Source: Pelagibacterium sp.
GTDB lineage: Bacteria; Pseudomonadota; Alphaproteobacteria; Rhizobiales; Devosiaceae
Length of the DNA stretch: 64,000 nt
Reading direction: 5' to 3'
Assembly: GCF_965249125.1 (NCBI RefSeq)
Contig: NZ_OZ252217.1
Location: 235,736-299,735, forward strand
The notes beneath the pieces were generated by a model. That model was not told the origin of the DNA and did no database searches. It saw only the letters and a program-made list of their open reading frames with translations. Position numbers and translations under genes: made by a program. Of this stretch, positions 39,965-51,512 are shown one piece after another. How positions within the stretch are numbered: the stretch's first letter is position 1; every line of letters begins with the position of its first letter.

Positions 39965-41599
39965 ATGGTCGAACCTGCCGGAAACGCCGAGATTGCTGCC
40001 CTTCGCGCTGCACTTGCCGCAGCCGAACAGCGTGCTGATCTGGCGGAAGCCGAAGCGGCGCGGGTTGTTGCAGAAAAGACCGATGGCGACGCCGAGATCG
40101 CCCGTCTCAAGCTCGAGATCGAAAAGCTCAAGCGCAGTCTTTATGGACAGCGCTCCGAGAGGAAGGCCAAGCTGCTCGACCAGCTCGAGTTCGAACTCGA
40201 GGATCTCGAAGCAGCAGCCACCGAAGACGAGCTTGCCGCCGAGATGGCCGCAGTCAGGACCACTTCGGTCCAAGCCTTTACCCGCAAGCGGGCACAACGG
40301 CGCGCCTTTCCCGAACACCTGCCGCGCGAGCGCCTCGTGGTGCCGGCACCGCAAGCCTGTGAATGCTGCGGGTCCGATCACCTGGTCAAGCTGGGCGAGG
40401 ACGTGACCGAAACGCTCGAAGTGATCCCGCGTCAGTGGAAGGTGGTCCAGACGGTACGGGAGAAGTTCAGCTGCCGGGATTGCGAAAAGATCAGCCAGCC
40501 GCCGGCGCCGTTCCATCCCACCCCGCGTGGCTTTGCCGGCCCCAATCTTCTGGCGACGATCCTTTTTGAAAAGTTCGGCCAGCATCAGCCGCTCAACCGC
40601 CAGTCCGAGCGCTTCGCCCGCGAGGGCGTGCCCATCGGCCTCTCCACGCTCGCCGACCAGATTGGCGCTGCAACGGTGGCGCTCAAGCCGCTCCATGATC
40701 TGATCGCCGATCACGTGATGGCCGCCGATCGCTTGCACGGGGACGACACCACGGTGCCGATCCTGGCCAAGGGACAGACCAGAACGGGTCGGGTGTGGAC
40801 TTACGTACGCGACGATCGTCCCTTCGGCGGCGCTGACGGTCCGGCAGCTCTGTTCTACGCCTCACCCGATCGCAGGGGCGAACATCCAAGAAGCCATCTT
40901 GCCAACTATTCCGGCATCCTGCAGGTGGACGCCTTTGCCGGTTACAACGGCCTGTTCGATCCCGAACGCCGCAGTGAGCCCATCCAGCCGGCCTTTTGCT
41001 GGGCGCACGGACGACGACCATTGTTCGAGCTCGCCGATATCGAGAGGGTGAGAAAGAAGAAGAGCAAGGGCGGCGCCATATCCCCGGTGGCGCTCGAGGC
41101 GGTGCGCCGGATCGACGAGATCTTTGCCATCGAACGCGATCTTTATGGCCTGCCGCCCGATCAGCGCCTTGCCGAGCGGCGGCGGCTTTGCACGCCACTG
41201 GTTGATGAGCTGCATGCCTATATGATGACCGAGCGCGAAAAGCTATCGCGTCACGCTCCCGTGGCCAAGGCCATGAACTACATGCTCGCGCGCTGGACAG
41301 GCTTTGCCGCGTTCCTTGAGGATGGCCGCATATGCCTCTCGAACAACGCGGCAGAACGGGCTCTGCGCGGAATTGCCCTTGGCAGAAAAGCGTGGCTGTT
41401 CGCCGGTTCGGACCGCGGTGCCCGCCGGGCCGCGTTCATGTACACCCTCATTGTCTCGGCCAAGCTCAACGATATCGATCCTCAAGCCTGGCTCGCCGAC
41501 GTGCTCGCCCGCATCGCCGACATGCCGCAGAACCGGCTGGGGGAACTGCTTCCCTGGAACTGGAACGCTGACAAGGATGCCGCTAAGCTCGTTGCATGA
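39965..41599 (+). CDS. tnpC: IS66 DDE transposase TnpC
   Basis: Coiled coil, zinc finger (CECCG...CRDC), HGDDT, CWAHGRR, NNAAERALR, LLPWNW. Confidence 0.95.
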   Translation: MVEPAGNAEIAALRAALAAAEQRADLAEAEAARVVAEKTDGDAEIARLKLEIEKLKRSLYGQRSERKAKLLDQLEFELEDLEAAATEDELAAEMAAVRTTSVQAFTRKRAQRRAFPEHLPRERLVVPAPQACECCGSDHLVKLGEDVTETLEVIPRQWKVVQTVREKFSCRDCEKISQPPAPFHPTPRGFAGPNLLATILFEKFGQHQPLNRQSERFAREGVPIGLSTLADQIGAATVALKPLHDLIADHVMAADRLHGDDTTVPILAKGQTRTGRVWTYVRDDRPFGGADGPAALFYASPDRRGEHPRSHLANYSGILQVDAFAGYNGLFDPERRSEPIQPAFCWAHGRRPLFELADIERVRKKKSKGGAISPVALEAVRRIDEIFAIERDLYGLPPDQRLAERRRLCTPLVDELHAYMMTEREKLSRHAPVAKAMNYMLARWTGFAAFLEDGRICLSNNAAERALRGIALGRKAWLFAGSDRGARRAAFMYTLIVSAKLNDIDPQAWLADVLARIADMPQNRLGELLPWNWNADKDAAKLVA

Positions 41600-42189
41600 G
41601 CCCTGCATCCCACTTCGTTGCCACCATCACCGTCATTCTCGAGGACGTCGAGCCGCAGGTCAGGCGCAAACTGATCGTGCCGCTCAACCTGCGCATGGAT
41701 CGGCTCCACATCGTCTTGCAGATCGCCTTTGGCTGGACCGATAGCCATCTCTACGAGTTCCGCTACCAGGATATCGGGTGGGGCGTTCCCGATCATGACT
41801 TTGGCACCGATCTTCGCGACGCCTCCAAGGCAACACTGCTCCGGGTTCTTCAGGAAACAAATGCTCGTGCCATCACCTATCTCTATGACTTCGGTGATGG
41901 CTGGGAGCACACCATTCGGATCAACTTTATCTGCGAGCCCGAGCCCGGTGCCCTGTATCCCCAGTTGATCCTGGCCGAGGGACGGACCCCGCCCGAAGAC
42001 ATTGGCGGCCCTCCGGGCTTCGAACTCTTCCTCGAAGCGATCAACGACCCAAGCCATGACGATCATGCCGAAATGCGTGAATGGTATCTTGAGAACGGCT
42101 TCGATCCACGTCTGGTTGATGTCGATGCCATCGAAGGAGAACTCAAGCGCTACGCCCGCAAGTGGAATCCCAGGGCAAAAGCGAAATAG
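41596..42189 (+). CDS. Plasmid pRiA4b ORF-3 family protein (IS passenger)
   Basis: LDRLH-like motif with AFGWTDSHLYEF, YLYDFGDGWEH, PPEDIGGPPG; ATGA-coupled to tnpC and inside the IRR. Confidence 0.85.
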   Translation: MSPASHFVATITVILEDVEPQVRRKLIVPLNLRMDRLHIVLQIAFGWTDSHLYEFRYQDIGWGVPDHDFGTDLRDASKATLLRVLQETNARAITYLYDFGDGWEHTIRINFICEPEPGALYPQLILAEGRTPPEDIGGPPGFELFLEAINDPSHDDHAEMREWYLENGFDPRLVDVDAIEGELKRYARKWNPRAKAK

Positions 42190-42213
42190 CTGCGGTCGTC
42201 AACGGAGGCTTAC

Positions 42214-42378
42214 GCCTTCGGTGAGGACCACGGCGGCTATTGCTCGTCGCTAAAGCTAGGTTAGGCGGCCTTGGTCATGGCCCGCGGGGCCCAATTCCAA
42301 GGAAGAAGTTCTCCCAGCTCGCTCTGCGGCATGTCGGCAATGCGGGCGAGCACGTCAGCGAGCCAGGCCTGGGGATCT
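42214..42378 (-). pseudogene. Right end and tnpC 3' tip of an older, inverted IS66
   Basis: Minus strand reads DPQAWLADVLARIADMPQSELGELLPWNWAPRAMTKAA* (stop at 42261), then runs into an IS66-type terminal repeat. Confidence 0.85.
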
Positions 42379-42430
42379 ATATGCCTGGCCGTACGGTCTT
42401 GTCAGCATGATGATCTTTTTGCTGCACAAG

Positions 42431-43729
42431 TCATTGGACATTTTTGGCTCCGACGTTGCGAAAGAACCAGAGCCCGCAGCCACCCAAGATGCTGAGCACG
42501 CCAAGAAACACAAAAATCCCCGCCAGACCGAGTGATGCGCTCACGGGAGCTGACACCGCTTGAATAACTGCCGCTCCGACAAAAAATGACAAATTGACCG
42601 CCGAAAGCGCCTTGCCAGCATGCCGGGGTTCGACGGAGGCGCGTCCGAGCGCGAAGAGGAGTGGCTGGACCGAGATGACGACACCGAATGCGACGATCAA
42701 GGTGATATCAAAACGTGTCGATAGAACATCAACGCCCATTGCGAGCGCGAGAAATCCGTTATCAGCCCCGGTCGGGAGAAGGACAAGAGCCACTCCTGCA
42801 AGCACATGGCCAATCGCGAGCAACATGTAAGGTCGGCCAAAACGCTTTTCGATGAGCCCAATAGCCATCGGCATGACAATCAGCATGAGCGTTAAAACGA
42901 GCAACACATTGCCTGCTGAGACCCTCGCCATACCCTTGGCCTCCATCAACCATGGGCCGCCCCACATGCCGCGCACGCCGATCATCACCGCAAAAGACAC
43001 AAAGGCGAGAACGATTACACCGCGAAGCACTGGGGAGATGCCAATCTTCAGCACTTCCCTGATTTCCGAACCCACGCTGGCAGGCACTTCTTGGGAGGGC
43101 CGCACCGGCCGAATGGTCAATTGCACAGTGACGAGCACGATCAGCGCAAACAGTGCGGGCAAACCATAGGCCAGGCGCCAACCGTAGTGCTCGATGAGCC
43201 ATGCCATTGGGCTTGCCGAGATCACCATGCCGGTGTTGCCTATCGCCAAAATCGCGGCTGACCAGAGGGCAAACCGGCTCGGATCGGTCGTTCGTGCGGC
43301 GTAAGTGAGGGGACACAAGAGCATGCCACAACACCCGATGCCCACAATGATCTGCGTTATGACAAAGCCCACTGGACCTTGGATAAACGCAGCAAAGACC
43401 GACCCTGCGACAATGATGCCCAAGAGGGTGCTGATGACGGCTTTGACGCTGTAGCGGTCAAGAGCGACCCCGACCGGAATCTGTCCGGCAGCAAACGCCA
43501 GATGATAAAATCCGGTCATTGCTGCGATATCGCCCGCCGACACCGATAGGTCCTGAGCGACCAGATCAGCAGAGACCGCCGGAAGCGTTCGCACAAGGTT
43601 GGAAATTGTGTGGCCCAGCGCCAAGATTATCAGAGGGAGGGCGGCCTGCCAGACCGAGCCAGACAAAGCGTTGGTGTTTGCCGGAGCAGGCAACGGGCGG
43701 CGAGACAGCATATTGTTACTCATCATCAC
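42431..43729 (-). CDS. MFS transporter
   Basis: About 12 hydrophobic segments; GQIPVGVALDRY motif-A-like segment. Confidence 0.88.
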   Translation of the reverse strand: MMMSNNMLSRRPLPAPANTNALSGSVWQAALPLIILALGHTISNLVRTLPAVSADLVAQDLSVSAGDIAAMTGFYHLAFAAGQIPVGVALDRYSVKAVISTLLGIIVAGSVFAAFIQGPVGFVITQIIVGIGCCGMLLCPLTYAARTTDPSRFALWSAAILAIGNTGMVISASPMAWLIEHYGWRLAYGLPALFALIVLVTVQLTIRPVRPSQEVPASVGSEIREVLKIGISPVLRGVIVLAFVSFAVMIGVRGMWGGPWLMEAKGMARVSAGNVLLVLTLMLIVMPMAIGLIEKRFGRPYMLLAIGHVLAGVALVLLPTGADNGFLALAMGVDVLSTRFDITLIVAFGVVISVQPLLFALGRASVEPRHAGKALSAVNLSFFVGAAVIQAVSAPVSASLGLAGIFVFLGVLSILGGCGLWFFRNVGAKNVQ

Positions 43730-43736
43730 AAAGAAT

Positions 43737-43759
43737 GGGGGCAGCGTTTTTCTGCCCCC
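43737..43759. terminator. Hairpin downstream of the basic microprotein gene
   Basis: GGGGGCAG / CTGCCCCC 8-bp stem. Confidence 0.5.
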
Positions 43760-43764
43760 GGTGC

Positions 43765-43890
43765 TTACTTGCCTTTTCGCTTACCAGCTTCCGGGGCGAG
43801 CAGACCACTGATCGATTCGGGAGCGGGGGTTTGTTTCTGCTTTTTCTTTTTGGGTTGTAGGCGCTGCTGATCGCCCTTGCGCTTTGCCAT
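43765..43890 (-). CDS. Small Lys-rich protein (41 aa)
   Basis: MAKRKGDQQRLQPKKKKQKQTPAPESISGLLAPEAGKRKGK, followed at once by a hairpin. Confidence 0.5.
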   Translation of the reverse strand: MAKRKGDQQRLQPKKKKQKQTPAPESISGLLAPEAGKRKGK

Positions 43891-44049
43891 GTTGAGAGCT
43901 TTCAATAGGTTCGCAACTGCTGGCGAACTCCGAATAAAAAAATCCCTGATTGGGATCAGTGAAAATGTCACCCCTGGTCGCAACTATGTGCCGACCAGGG
44001 CCATCCTCCTGTTTGAGAACGCCTCCAGCGCGTTAAAAGAATCATGGCG

Positions 44050-44541
44050 CTATGCTGCCTTGTTGGGCAGGGTACGGCTTGAGTAGATACCTACACTTGC
44101 CAATACATCTTCGACTGCGGAAGCAGATTTAGCTGCGCGCAACCGAGCGGCCAATTCGGGCGCCTCTGCCAGTTTGGCAAAGCGGGGGAGAGCCAGGTGC
44201 AGCCAGCGCAAATCATGGCGATTGCCCACAACAGACAACAACACATCCACCGGAGTGCCATCACTTGCGTCGAAGTCGATAGGGTATTTGAGTTGGGTGA
44301 CCTGGACCAGGGGCGGGCAGCTCTGTTTGAAGATTGTATGGGGCGCTGCAACGCCCGAGCCGATGGCTGTTGATCCCAGCTTCTCACGCGCCAGAAGGCA
44401 GTTGCTGATATCATGTGGAGAGATGTCGGGTCTGCACGACCCAATGCGTTGAGCCAGAGAGCTCAAGGCTGCCTTGCGCGATCTGGATGTCCTATCGATT
44501 GTGAAATCTATTTCGAACGAAACACTTGCGAGTGCCATCAC
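44050..44541 (-). CDS. ptsN: PTS EIIA(Ntr)-like protein
   Basis: LLAREKLGSTAIGSGVAAPH (phospho-His motif), IDFDASDGTPVD, RLRAA. Confidence 0.85.
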   Translation of the reverse strand: MMALASVSFEIDFTIDRTSRSRKAALSSLAQRIGSCRPDISPHDISNCLLAREKLGSTAIGSGVAAPHTIFKQSCPPLVQVTQLKYPIDFDASDGTPVDVLLSVVGNRHDLRWLHLALPRFAKLAEAPELAARLRAAKSASAVEDVLASVGIYSSRTLPNKAA

Positions 44542-45164
44542 GAACCTCCGTCAGGCAGCCTTGCTGCTGACCAAAGAATTAAAGTTGTCGTGAGTATTGT
44601 CCCGGAAGCGCGAAGTGTTTCGCAGCTTCCGGGTCAGGCATCCCGGTCGCTGCACACAAGCCGACAAATGGGTGTTAAATGACAAGTGTTCATGGCCGAG
44701 CAAAGCTAGCGTTGATTTGGATTAAGTCAACTGGGAATTTTTGTCGCGCCGCACCGCAGGCACGGTGACTTGCAAAAAGAACTTCTGATGCTATGTGAAT
44801 AACCATGCTCCGCACATCGATCCAAACCGCCTGCACCAGGACGCCAATGGGCGCACTCTCTGCCCCCCGGGGCGGGGAATGTGTATTGCGTTAGCGCCAA
44901 CACACCGCCTCGGGCCTGGTGGTCCTTGTCATTTTACTTTCTCGCAAGCGCGAGCGGAGGCCGGTGTGCGCAATTCTCTCAGTCCTTTCACATGTCGTCA
45001 TTGTACCGAAACCATTCCACGGGCTGCCGTGCGGTGCCCATGGTGCTTAAAGCCACTGCCAGATCACTGGCCTGTTCGGTTTCCTCGTCCCGGTGCCATC
45101 TATGGGTTTGATATGGTGGAGCGCATGTGACCGGCGACCCTCGGTCGCATGCAGAGGGGCTCGC

Positions 45165-45193
45165 TTGACTTCCCTGCCCAAAGAGCTAGCAAT
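45165..45193 (+). promoter_or_regulatory. Possible sigma70 promoter for the rnk-greA-like-gdhA unit
   Basis: (C)TTGACT -17 nt- (T)AGCAAT. Confidence 0.4.
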
Positions 45194-45265
45194 GGTCTCA
45201 TGATGATCCGAGCGCGTTTGACACTTCAGAAAATGCTCATGGGACAGCCCGTAATAGGACTGTAG

Positions 45266-45302
45266 CCCGAAGCTCGGCCATTCGCGCCTTCCGAGCTTCG
45301 GG
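45266..45302 (+). promoter_or_regulatory. Perfect 12-bp leader hairpin upstream of rnk
   Basis: CCCGAAGCTCGG - 13 nt - CCGAGCTTCGGG; no U-tract. Confidence 0.55.
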
Positions 45303-45403
45303 AGGTGCGCTCATCGTTTGCACGATCAGCGCCTTTGGCGCCTTCACAATCTCCTGAAATTTCGGACCGCCGGCACAATGCCTGGCGGAGATCGTGTGCA
45401 ATC

Positions 45404-45811
45404 ATGTCTCAAACTGCAATGAAATCGGCGGCCTTGCCGCGTTTGATCCTTGGTGTCGAGGATCATGGAAAACTGATGACCATGGCGAACGGTATCACCG
45501 GCCCCATGGCCAATGTTGCCGACCAGCTCATGAACGAACTGGATCGCGCCCGCGTCGTGGCCCAGTCCAAGCTGCCCGCAGATGCCGTGCGGCTGGGGTC
45601 GGTTGTTTCCTTTACCACGACCGATGGCTTTGACCGTACCTATCAGTTGGTGTTCCCCGGCGAAGCGGACATCTCGTCGGGAAAAGTGTCCGTGCTCACC
45701 CCGATCGGTGCTGCCCTGATCGGGTTGCGCGAAGGACAAAGCATTCCCTGGACCGCCCTTGACGGCCGTCGGCTGTCCTTGACCGTCGTCCGCGTTGAGC
45801 AGAGCCAGTAA
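45404..45811 (+). CDS. rnk: Nucleoside diphosphate kinase regulator (Rnk, GreA/GreB C-terminal fold)
   Basis: LMNELDRARVV, VRLGSVVSF, LVFPGEAD, VSVLTPIGAALIGLREG. Confidence 0.9.
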   Translation: MSQTAMKSAALPRLILGVEDHGKLMTMANGITGPMANVADQLMNELDRARVVAQSKLPADAVRLGSVVSFTTTDGFDRTYQLVFPGEADISSGKVSVLTPIGAALIGLREGQSIPWTALDGRRLSLTVVRVEQSQ

Positions 45812-45926
45812 TATGGACGTCCATATCGCAGTGAAAGCAGTGCTCAAGTTCGGAGCATAGGGCCAGGCCGTCATGAGGTCGGTCTGGTCCCGTGTTCTGC
45901 CCTGTTTTCAACCAGAGGTCCATTTC

Positions 45927-46439
45927 ATGAGCCCTGCCATGCTGCCGAGACTTACACCGCGCGATTTTGCAATCCTGGAAACCATGCTCGCCGACCACTT
46001 AGGTGACGATGAGCTGCTGATCGCTGCCATCCGCAAGAAAATGCAATTCGCCAAAATTGTGTTTGCCGACGATCTGCCCGGCGAGATCGTGACAATTGGC
46101 TCTCGCGTCGCCTTCACGGTGGATGAGGAATGGCCGCAAGAGCGCCGACTGGTAACCCTTGAGCACTACGTCCCGGGCCAGGACCACCAGTCAGTGGCCA
46201 GCCTTCGGGGTATCGGGCTACTTGGCCAGGCAGCGGGAGACAAGATCGAGATTGATTTTGGCGGTCGCGTCGTCGCGCTCGAAATCCACACTGTGCTCTA
46301 CCAGCCAGAGGCCGAAAGCAAGGCCCGCAGAAAACCATCCGATCTGCATCTGGTCGCAAGCCGGGGCGATAGCCGGCAGCCCGTGTCTCACCGCTCAGGC
46401 CGGCGGCCGGGAGATGATCCCGGTCCCTCTGCCGCGTGA
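45927..46439 (+). CDS. Second, divergent Rnk/GreA-like protein
   Basis: IRKKMQFAKIVFADDLPGEIVTIGSRV, SVASLRGIGLLG, VLYQPEA pattern of the Rnk fold. Confidence 0.75.
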   Translation: MSPAMLPRLTPRDFAILETMLADHLGDDELLIAAIRKKMQFAKIVFADDLPGEIVTIGSRVAFTVDEEWPQERRLVTLEHYVPGQDHQSVASLRGIGLLGQAAGDKIEIDFGGRVVALEIHTVLYQPEAESKARRKPSDLHLVASRGDSRQPVSHRSGRRPGDDPGPSAA

Positions 46440-47897
<1,458 letters not shown>

Positions 47898-47964
47898 GCG
47901 CCAACTGGTGGTGTCCTGGAATGGCGCAGCCTATCATGGCAGTGTCTTGTACGGAGGAAATTTA

Positions 47965-49238
47965 ATGAAACTCGAAACTCTCGCCCTTCACCATGGGTAC
48001 ACGCCAGAGCCGACGACCAAGGCGGCCGCTGTGCCGATCTATCAGACGACCTCCTATACATTTGACGACACCCAGCATGGCGCCGACCTTTTCGACCTAA
48101 AGGTTGAAGGCAATATCTATACGCGCATCATGAACCCAACCTCTGCGGTGCTCGAGCAGCGCATGGCGGCCCTCGAAGGGGGCGTCGGTGCTCTTGCGGT
48201 CGCCTCGGGCATGGCTGCCATCACATATGCAATCCAGACAATTGCGGGGGCGGGCGATAACATCGTGTCGGTGAGCCAGCTTTATGGCGGTACCTACAAT
48301 CTATTCATGCACGCCCTGCCGCGCCAAGGCATCGAAGTGCGTATGGCTCCAGGTGACGATCTCGATGCATTCGATGCGTTGATCGACGAAAACACCAAGG
48401 CGGTCTTTTGCGAATCGATCGGCAACCCGGCTGGCAATGTCGTGGACATCGAAAAGCTCGCCGAAATCGCCCATCGTCACGGCGTGCCCCTGATCGTGGA
48501 CAACACGGTCGCAACGCCGTTTCTTTGCCGTCCGTTCGAGTTCGGCGCCGATATCGTCGTGCACTCGCTGACCAAATATATCGGCGGCCATGGCAATGCA
48601 ATTGGCGGTGTGATTGTGGATTCGGGCAAGTTCGATTGGGCGGCGCACAAGGAGCGCTTCAAAATCCTCAACGAACCTGATCCGTCATACCATGGCGTTG
48701 TCTATACTGAGGCGCTTGGTGCAGCTGCCTACATCGGTCGCTGCCGGGTCGCGCCGCTGCGCAACACCGGCGCCGCGCTGTCCCCGCACAATGCATTTCT
48801 CATTATGATGGGACTCGAAACATTGGGTCTGCGTATGGATCGCCACTGCGAAAACGCGCTCAAGCTCGCGCAACATTTGCAGTCCCACCCAAAGGTAAAC
48901 TGGGTGAACTACGCAGCGCTCGACACCAGTCGATATAAACCCATCTGTGACAAGATCGCTGGCGGCAAGGCGTCGGGGATCGTCAGTTTCGGGGTCATTG
49001 GCGGACGTGAAGCCGGGGGGGGAAATTCATCGACGCACTCCAGATGATCTACCGGCTGGTCAATATCGGGGATGCCAAATCCCTGGCGTGCCATCCGGCC
49101 ACAACCACTCATCGCCAACTCGATGCCGATGAACTGAGATTGGCAGGCGTTTCGGAGGACCTTGTGCGCATTTCGGTGGGCATTGAAAATATCGACGACA
49201 TCATCGCGGACGTCGATCAGGCGCTGGCGGGTCTATAG
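47965..49238 (+). pseudogene. metY: O-acetylhomoserine sulfhydrylase / aminocarboxypropyltransferase, frameshifted at a G8 tract
   Basis: [25 protein letters not shown] (PLP Lys). Frame breaks at GGGGGGGG (49015-49022); the C-terminus [26 protein letters not shown] continues in another frame to 49238. Confidence 0.9.
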
Positions 49239-49242
49239 GAGG

Positions 49243-50753
49243 TGTACCCCGTCAGCACCGATGGCACAGATTTGATCTTGTGATGTAAGGAGGGTTTTGG
49301 TCTCGTCGGAGTGACGAAGGAACGACGATGAGATCAAAACCCTCGAAAGCCAAGAAGCCCGCCGAACAGGTGGTCAAGGATATCCGCCGCGCGACACGGC
49401 GGCACTTTTCTGCAGAAGACAAGATCCGCATTGTGCTCGATGGCCTGCGTGGAGAGGACAGCATTGCCGAGCTGTGCCGCAAGGAAGGCATTGCCCAGAG
49501 CCTCTATTACACCTGGTCCAAGGAATTCATGGAAGCGGGAAAGCGTCGGCTTGCTGGCGATACAGCCCGTGCTGCCACCACCGACGAGGTCAAGGAACTG
49601 CGCCGCCAGGCCGGAGCGCTCAAGGAGTGTGTTGCCGATCTGACGCTGGAAAACCGTCTGCTCAAAAAAAGCATGATCGCGGATGGGGACGACGACGCAT
49701 GAGGTATCCAGCATCCGAAAAGCTCGAGATCATCAGGCTGGTCGAGCAATCCCATCTGCCAGCAACACGCACGCTCGATAATCTGGGCATCGCGCGCCGG
49801 ACCTTTTATCGCTGGTATGACCGCTACCTCAATGGTGGGCCCGAGGCGCTGGAGGACCGGCCATCGGCGCCCAGCCGGGTGTGGAACCGGATCCCGACCG
49901 CCATCCATGATCAGATCATCGAGATGGCGCTGGAACAGTCCGAACTGAGCCCCAGGGAACTGGCGGTTCGGTTCACCGACGATAAGGGCTACTTCGTGTC
50001 TGAAGCCAGCGTTTACCGGCTTTTGAAGGCCCACGACCTGATTACCAGCCCGGCCTATGTCGTGATCAAGGCTGCCGATGCCTTCCACACCAAGACCACC
50101 CGGCCCAACGAGATGTGGCAGACCGATTTTACCTACTTCAAGATCCTCAGCTGGGGCTGGATGTATCTCTCCACCGTGCTCGACGATTATTCCCGCTACA
50201 TCATCGCCTGGAAGTTGTGCTCAACGATGCGGGCACAGGATGTCACCGACACTTTGGACCTGGCACTGGCAGCTTCAGGGTGCGATCGGGCCCATGTCCA
50301 CCATAAGCCTCGGCTGCTCAGCGATAACGGCCCGAGTTACATCGCCGGGGAACTGGCCAACTACATCCAGGCCAACCGGATGAGCCATGTGCGCGGTGCA
50401 CCCTGTCATCCTCAGACCCAGGGCAAGATCGAGCGCTGGCACCAGACACTCAAGAACCGGGTGCTACTGGAAAACTACTTTCTGCCGGGGGATCTCGAGG
50501 CCCAAATCGCTGCTTTCATCGAGCATTACAACCACCAGCGTTACCACGAGAGCCTCGACAACGTGACCCCGGCCGACGCCTACTTCGGCAGGGCACAAAC
50601 CATCATCAAACAGAGAGAAAGGATCAAACGACAGACCATCGAGCATCGGCGCTTGCAACACCGCAATCTCGCCGCATAAAATCAACCCACAGACGAGGCC
50701 AACGCTCCTCTATTCAACGCAACAAATTGCGCCAAATCATCTGACGACAGACA
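49243..50753 (+). mobile_element. IS3-family insertion sequence
   Basis: Imperfect IRs TGT....CGTCAG at both ends; orfA 49328-49702 and orfB 49699-50679; slippery A7G at 49664-49671; no target duplication. Confidence 0.9.
49328..50679 (+). CDS. IS3 transposase OrfAB (programmed -1 frameshift)
   Basis: OrfA HTH; OrfB DDE (WQTDFTY, SDNGPSY, QGKIERWHQT); AAAAAAAG joins the two frames. Confidence 0.88.
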
Positions 50754-51457
50754 GTTTGAAGTCGATCAAGTCCGAGACCGAGATTGGCCTTATGAAGATC
50801 GCCGGCCGCCTGGCCGACGGTGGGCTTGCGGACCTGCGCGACAATCTCAAGGAAGGCATGACCGAGCGTGAAGCCGTTCGGATCTGCTACACCTCGATGT
50901 TCTCGAACGGTGCCGACAGCCAGGCCTTCGACATGATGGTCCAGTCTGGCGAGAATTCCGCCAAGTACTTCCTGGCCCGACCGCGCGACAAGGTTATCCG
51001 CAAGGGCGAACTCCTCCTCGTGGACATCGGTTGCCGGTTTAACGGTTACGCATCGGACATGGCGCGTGGCGTGGCCTTCGGTGAAGTCAGCGCCAAGCAG
51101 CAGGAACTGCTCGATGTGACGCTGGAAGCATGGCTGGCCGGCACAAAGCACCTCAAGGCCGGCAACAAAGCCTCCGCACCGGACAAGTATATCAATGAAG
51201 TCCTCGAACAGCGCGGATATCTGCATGGCAATGGCGAGGGCCGCTCATGCGGCCATGGCACCGGCATGGATCCCGAGGAAGAAATCCCGTCCATGGGTTC
51301 GGATGTGATCCTCGAGGAAAACATGAGCGTGTCGTACGAAGTGACGGTCCAGATCCCGGGCGTCGGCGGTAGCCGCGTCGAGGACGATGTGATCATCCGC
51401 AAGGACGGTCCGGAGTTCCTCACTCACTTCGCCCACTCGTGCCAGTGGGGCGTCTGA
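50754..51457 (+). pseudogene. M24 (Xaa-Pro) metallopeptidase C-terminal domain, N-terminus removed at the IS end
   Basis: Starts at the IS junction with LKSIKSETEI (the usual domain linker); VDIG..FNGYASD, HGTG, EVTV, RVEDDV. Confidence 0.85.
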
Positions 51458-51464
51458 CAACCCG

Positions 51465-51497
51465 GGGGTGGCCGGCGCTTTAGGGGCCGGCCACCCC
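51465..51497. terminator. GC-rich hairpin
   Basis: GGGGTGGCCGGC / GCCGGCCACCCC 12-bp stem, no U-tract. Confidence 0.45.
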
Positions 51498-51512
51498 ATC
51501 GTGGAAGATGTC

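Larger units (their letters stand above)
39061..42213 (+). mobile_element. IS66-family element, intact, with a passenger gene
   Basis: IRL GTATGCCTCCGTTGA vs reverse-complemented IRR GTAAGCCTCCGTTGA; 8-bp target duplication GCCTTCGG at 39053-39060 and 42214-42221. Confidence 0.95.

Noticed and set aside
39710-40738. 342-aa minus-strand ORF in IS66
   Set aside because: Antisense to tnpB/tnpC with no independent signals.
44758-44774. Sigma54 promoter near ptsN/gdhA (GGCACGGTGACTTGC)
   Set aside because: GG to GC spacing is 11 nt rather than the required 10.
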